Shown: positions 54,801 to 64,000 of the stretch, one piece after another | How the letters are laid out: every line of letters begins with the position of its first letter | How positions within the stretch are numbered: position 1 is the first letter of the stretch | Source of the DNA: Eledone cirrhosa | Lineage: Eukaryota | Direction of reading: 5' to 3' | Assembly (NCBI GenBank): GCA_964016885.1 | Contig: OZ024742.1 | Span: 319,796,001-319,860,000 of the forward strand | DNA: 64,000 bases | The notes under the pieces: generated by a model | The model's input: only the letters and a program-made list of their open reading frames with translations | What the model was told of the DNA's origin: nothing | Database searches by the model: none | Program-made: the position numbers and the translations under genes

Positions 54801-55010
54801 CCTCCCTCTCCCTACTCCATCCACCGTTTTTCCTCCCTTTTCTCTCCCCCCTTTTTTCTAAATGTCTCTCCCCTACACACCCTCGGAACTCTCTTCCCAC
54901 CCACTTTTCTCCTGAAGAAGGTCTTATGCCCGAAACATCGTTCCCCACCCCACCCCCACTGTCAAGAGCGTGAACCTAATAAACCTTTGTTTGTACTGCC
55001 TCTCTGTTTT
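51810..55010 (+). mobile_element. Neptune-type PLE, near-complete but frameshifted/deleted
   Basis: LFTLDIKSLYSVIPH, GVAMGTRMGPNYANLF, YIDD, FLDI, FKPTDSHSYL; PCSRPRCHTC..SNLVY.LRC..C...YVGQT.R.L..RF.EH; HHR at 54909-54945. Confidence 0.88.
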
Positions 55011-55029
55011 GTTCCCGTCCAAGTTTTCT

Positions 55030-55478
55030 CTCTCTATATATATATATATATTTCGTTTCTGAATTTGTTTAGCAAGATTCTTTATCTGAAAACGTGTGTT
55101 GAAACCGATATTGTTATACTTTGGGAGGGTCATGTTGCCAATAAGAAACACACGCACCAGTTGCTTTCACTCCAATTTATTATAAATTAAAAAATCTTTT
55201 TAAAAATGTTTGCTCTCTCCTTTGTTCTGTCCTACGCCATCTTGTTTTTGATGGCGTAGGATAGAACAAAGGAGAGGCACAAAACAAAGAAAAGAATCCC
55301 CAGTCACTGAAGAGGTCACAGAATGTGACGAAAGAACTTTGACAATATATGAACAACCAACCAACCGGAAATTTATTTTAAAAAAATTTATAAAAAATTT
55401 TTTAAAAGATTTTTTAATTTATAATAAATTAGAGTGAAAGCAACTGGTGCGTGTGTTTCTTATTGGCAACATGACCCT
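55030..55478. mobile_element. Family E fold-back unit
   Basis: Homologous to 27452-28020; HHR at ~55302-55343(+). Confidence 0.8.
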
Positions 55479-55482
55479 CGAT

Positions 55483-55564
55483 CCTTCTGACGAGAGTTTT
55501 TCTTTGCAACGGATGCCGTATGGACTCCGTTTATTTTTGAGACACGAAACCGATTCGGTAAAGG
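55483..55564 (+). ncRNA. Hammerhead ribozyme with long loop II
   Basis: CCUU-CUGACGA-GAGUUUU..(~38)..GAGACAC-GAAACCGAUUCGGUA^AAGG. Confidence 0.75.
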
Positions 55565-55744
55565 TAACTATAGTAAGTAAAGTTAATTTTTTAAAATTTA
55601 TTTTGAAACTTTTTCTTATTTGCTAAAGCTTGATTATATATGTTCTGGCTCGTTAATTTATTAACCTGCCATTGAACCACATTGGCATATGGTTGGACAA
55701 TACATGTGTCCCTTAGCGCCTTGTGCGTGTAGGAACATATACTC

Positions 55745-55798
<54 letters not shown>

Positions 55799-55861
55799 TG
55801 GTAGAACACTGGAAGGTAATATCCGTAGTGGTAGAGCACTCAGTCCATGGGACGAGTTAGG

Positions 55862-55988
55862 TAGAAGTGGTTACAAAACAGTTAGTTCACCATACCCAGA
55901 ACAATTGTTTCACCTCGATTACGAGCTGAGGATCCGCTAAGGTGAAACAATTGTTCTCGGTATGGTGAACTAACTGTTGTGTAACCAC

Positions 55989-55992
<4 letters not shown>
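55862..55992. mobile_element. Small palindromic HHR unit
   Basis: Arms 55862-55915 / 55940-55992. HHR 55922-55959(+): CGAG-CUGAGGA-U-CC(GCUAA)GG-U-GAAACAAUUGUU^CUCG. Confidence 0.75.
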
Positions 55993-56031
<39 letters not shown>

Positions 56032-56527
56032 TCGGCTGCGTTTGTCTGTTTCTCTCTTACCCCGTTCTCTCTGTTTTTCTCACCTTCTTTCGCCCCCTCT
56101 GTCAGTTACACTTTCTCTCGACTGACCGCTTCCTCGCACTTCCACTCACTCACTCTCTGTTTCTCCCCTTCTCACTTCCTCCCGTTTGGCTTACAGTGGG
56201 TCTCTTCTTGCTTACATCTCACCCACGTCGGACGTCTGTACCTTTCGCTCATGAAATCCACCCAGATTATGCTGACCAGGACAACCATGTTGCCTGTTTT
56301 TTTCCTTTCTTTGGTTTGCTTTTATTCTTCTATGTTGTTCACTTGTCCCCCTCGCTTTACGCGATTTACTGGTCCCAATAACTTTTTTTAGTTATTGCTC
56401 GCACCAACCTGAGGTATATGATTTTTAATGCGATGAAATACCAATGATGGTTGGAAAATCACGGACGAAGGACTAATTTTATCATATGTAACCCATGTGC
56501 AACCACGCAGTATTCTTATTTCTTCTC

Positions 56528-56654
<127 letters not shown>

Positions 56655-57007
56655 CAACACTACTGTCATTAATAGCGCCAGGTGACCTAGACCAAAATAC
56701 CCCTATTTTCTAGGTATATACAGTTATAGTTGGTTGCTAAAGATAACCCTAACCAACTGATCTGATTCAAGGACAACTGACCTAAGAAATTCAATAGACT
56801 TGGTATTGGAGTGGTAAGACTGAATCTGACTAATGAGAGGAAGGTAAATCCTACTGATGCTTGAATTCGTTCATTCAATCATATACCACCAGTTCTTTGA
56901 GAAAACAACGCCATACTTCGGGACTGGGCATATCAAATGATAGAAACAACAGAGGTAAACTTTGTTCCATCATTGTCGTTTTCTGTTTTTTTTATGTTCA
57001 AGTTCTA

Positions 57008-57066
57008 GCTGTCTAATGGGGTCATAGCTGTTGAACAACAGTTATCACCGAAATATATATAACAGC
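57008..57066 (+). ncRNA. Degenerate hammerhead (core CUAAUGG)
   Basis: GCUGU/ACAGC stem I, long stem II, GAAAUAUAUAUA; layout as 47534-47585. Confidence 0.55.
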
Positions 57067-57400
57067 GAATATGAATAAACAAAGTTAATTTTAACCTGTT
57101 GACTTACACTTATTGGTTTTTAATTACTCCGGAGTAAACAGACCCCCCTGCGCACTTCGTTGAGTGCTCTACCCTGCATACTGAAGTGTCGGTAATTAAT
57201 CAACACATTCAAATATATATAATATATATATAGGAACGAGTAGGACCCCGACGGCTGAGCTCAGGCCGTTTCGAACGGGTCGAAACGGCCTGAGCTCAGC
57301 CGTCGGGGTCCTACTCGTTCCTATTACCCACTCTGCTACCCTAAGTATTGAGTACTTTGGTGCGTTATGGTCCACCTGGTTCCTTACCACATTTCCTTCG

Positions 57401-61569
<4,169 letters not shown>

Positions 61570-61784
61570 CAAAGGAATTGTGGTAAGGAACCAAATGGAC
61601 CATAACGTACCAGAGTACTCAATACTTAGTGTAGTAGAGTGGGAAATAGGAAAAAGTATGACCCCGACGGCAGAGATCTAGCAATTTAGACGGCTATTTC
61701 ATAAATGTTCGGTATGTGTGCATGTATGTATATATATACATACTACTGTGCGTCTGTACATATATATGTATGTACGTATAAATA

Positions 61785-61830
<46 letters not shown>

Positions 61831-62018
61831 ATACATTAACAGAGAAAGCTTTAAGCAATACTCTGACCGGCTTCCATCTCACTCAACAAACATTAGGATA
61901 TACCTTAGTATAATCCCAATTTTACGTTTGGGGTGCTAACTATATGTATTTTGCGGATAGCCAGTTGTATTATTTTATATAAGACATAATTAAAATACAT
62001 CTCCCTTTCGTATAAATA

Positions 62019-63239
<1,221 letters not shown>

Positions 63240-63242
<3 letters not shown>

Positions 63243-63306
63243 TATTTATACGTACATACATATATATGTACAGACGCACAGTAGTATGTATATATATACA
63301 TACATG

Positions 63307-63347
<41 letters not shown>

Positions 63348-63592
63348 GTATGGGTTTACCGAACATTTATTATAATGTTCGGTTTGTTTGTAAACAAACA
63401 GCCCGAATTACGCTGTACAGTGCTCGGCAACCATCGTCACCCTTTTTGTTCAACACTGACGCAGGAACGATGTACTAGTTTCAAGCTTATTAGCAACGTA
63501 TACCTTTCTGTCAGATGATTGAATGTCTAAAAGTATATACTTTCCTTATGCATATTAACGGCTGAGCAGCCTAATTTGCATATCGAGTGAGT
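63240..63592 (-). mobile_element. Family U copy with partly deleted HHR
   Basis: Homologous to 7820-8165 including the internal (TA)n; another fragment at 61697-61788. Confidence 0.75.
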
Positions 63593-63703
63593 TATATATA
63601 TATATATTTCGGTATATATATATATACATATATTTGAATTTTGAAGACCAAAACAATACGTTATGAAAAATGTTAAATTGCCAAGATAACAAAAGAATCT
63701 TAC

Positions 63704-63762
63704 CTTAGCAAATTTAACGATCCGAAATATGGGTTTAAAAACCCGTTATCAAGGGAGTAACC
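63704..63762 (-). other. Candidate 59-nt host exon
   Basis: TTTTTAAGTCTCTTATAG| ... AAG|GTAAGA; one open frame GYSLDNGFLNPYFGSLNLL; protein not recognised. Confidence 0.25.
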
Positions 63763-64000
63763 CTATAAGAGACTTAAAAATCGATCGGATAGACTTGTTT
63801 GTATGAGAGTAGATTTAAGTGAAATGAAATGAAAAGACGTTAAATCTTCAAACGTGCGCGTTGTGAAATGTATGATATATGCATGTGTGTGCATGAATGC
63901 TTGTATGCGTGTGCATGAATATAAGTTTATGTAGTGAAAGATGTGTGCGAATATGTATGTAATAAAACGGGAAAAATATGTGTGCGATATATGTGTGTGT

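Overview
Eukaryotic, AT-rich, intergenic or intronic DNA. The SINE and repeat content is most consistent with an octopus/cephalopod genome (inference). There is no confident host gene. The window is a mosaic of (TA)n, (CA)n, (GATA)n and (TTC)n microsatellites and nested mobile elements. These include one apparently intact ~5.8 kb L1/Tx1-clade LINE (ORF1 + APE-RT ORF2) with a 5'-truncated sister copy inserted at the same (GATA)n site; many Penelope-like element (PLE) fragments (Naiad-type and Neptune-type RT/GIY-YIG); RTE and R4/Dong LINE 3' ends; two Chapaev3-like DNA transposon relics; a Helitron-like element; a Tigger-like MITE; and tRNA-derived SINEs. The most striking signal is one the ORF track cannot show: about 25 hammerhead-ribozyme (HHR) motifs from more than 10 unrelated sequence families. 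Most lie in short, non-coding, (TA)n-embedded, fold-back or tandem PLE pLTR-like units, and many have recurring non-canonical cores. A separate four-copy non-coding motif shows covarying stems around a kink-turn. All motifs were read by eye, and repeat boundaries are approximate.
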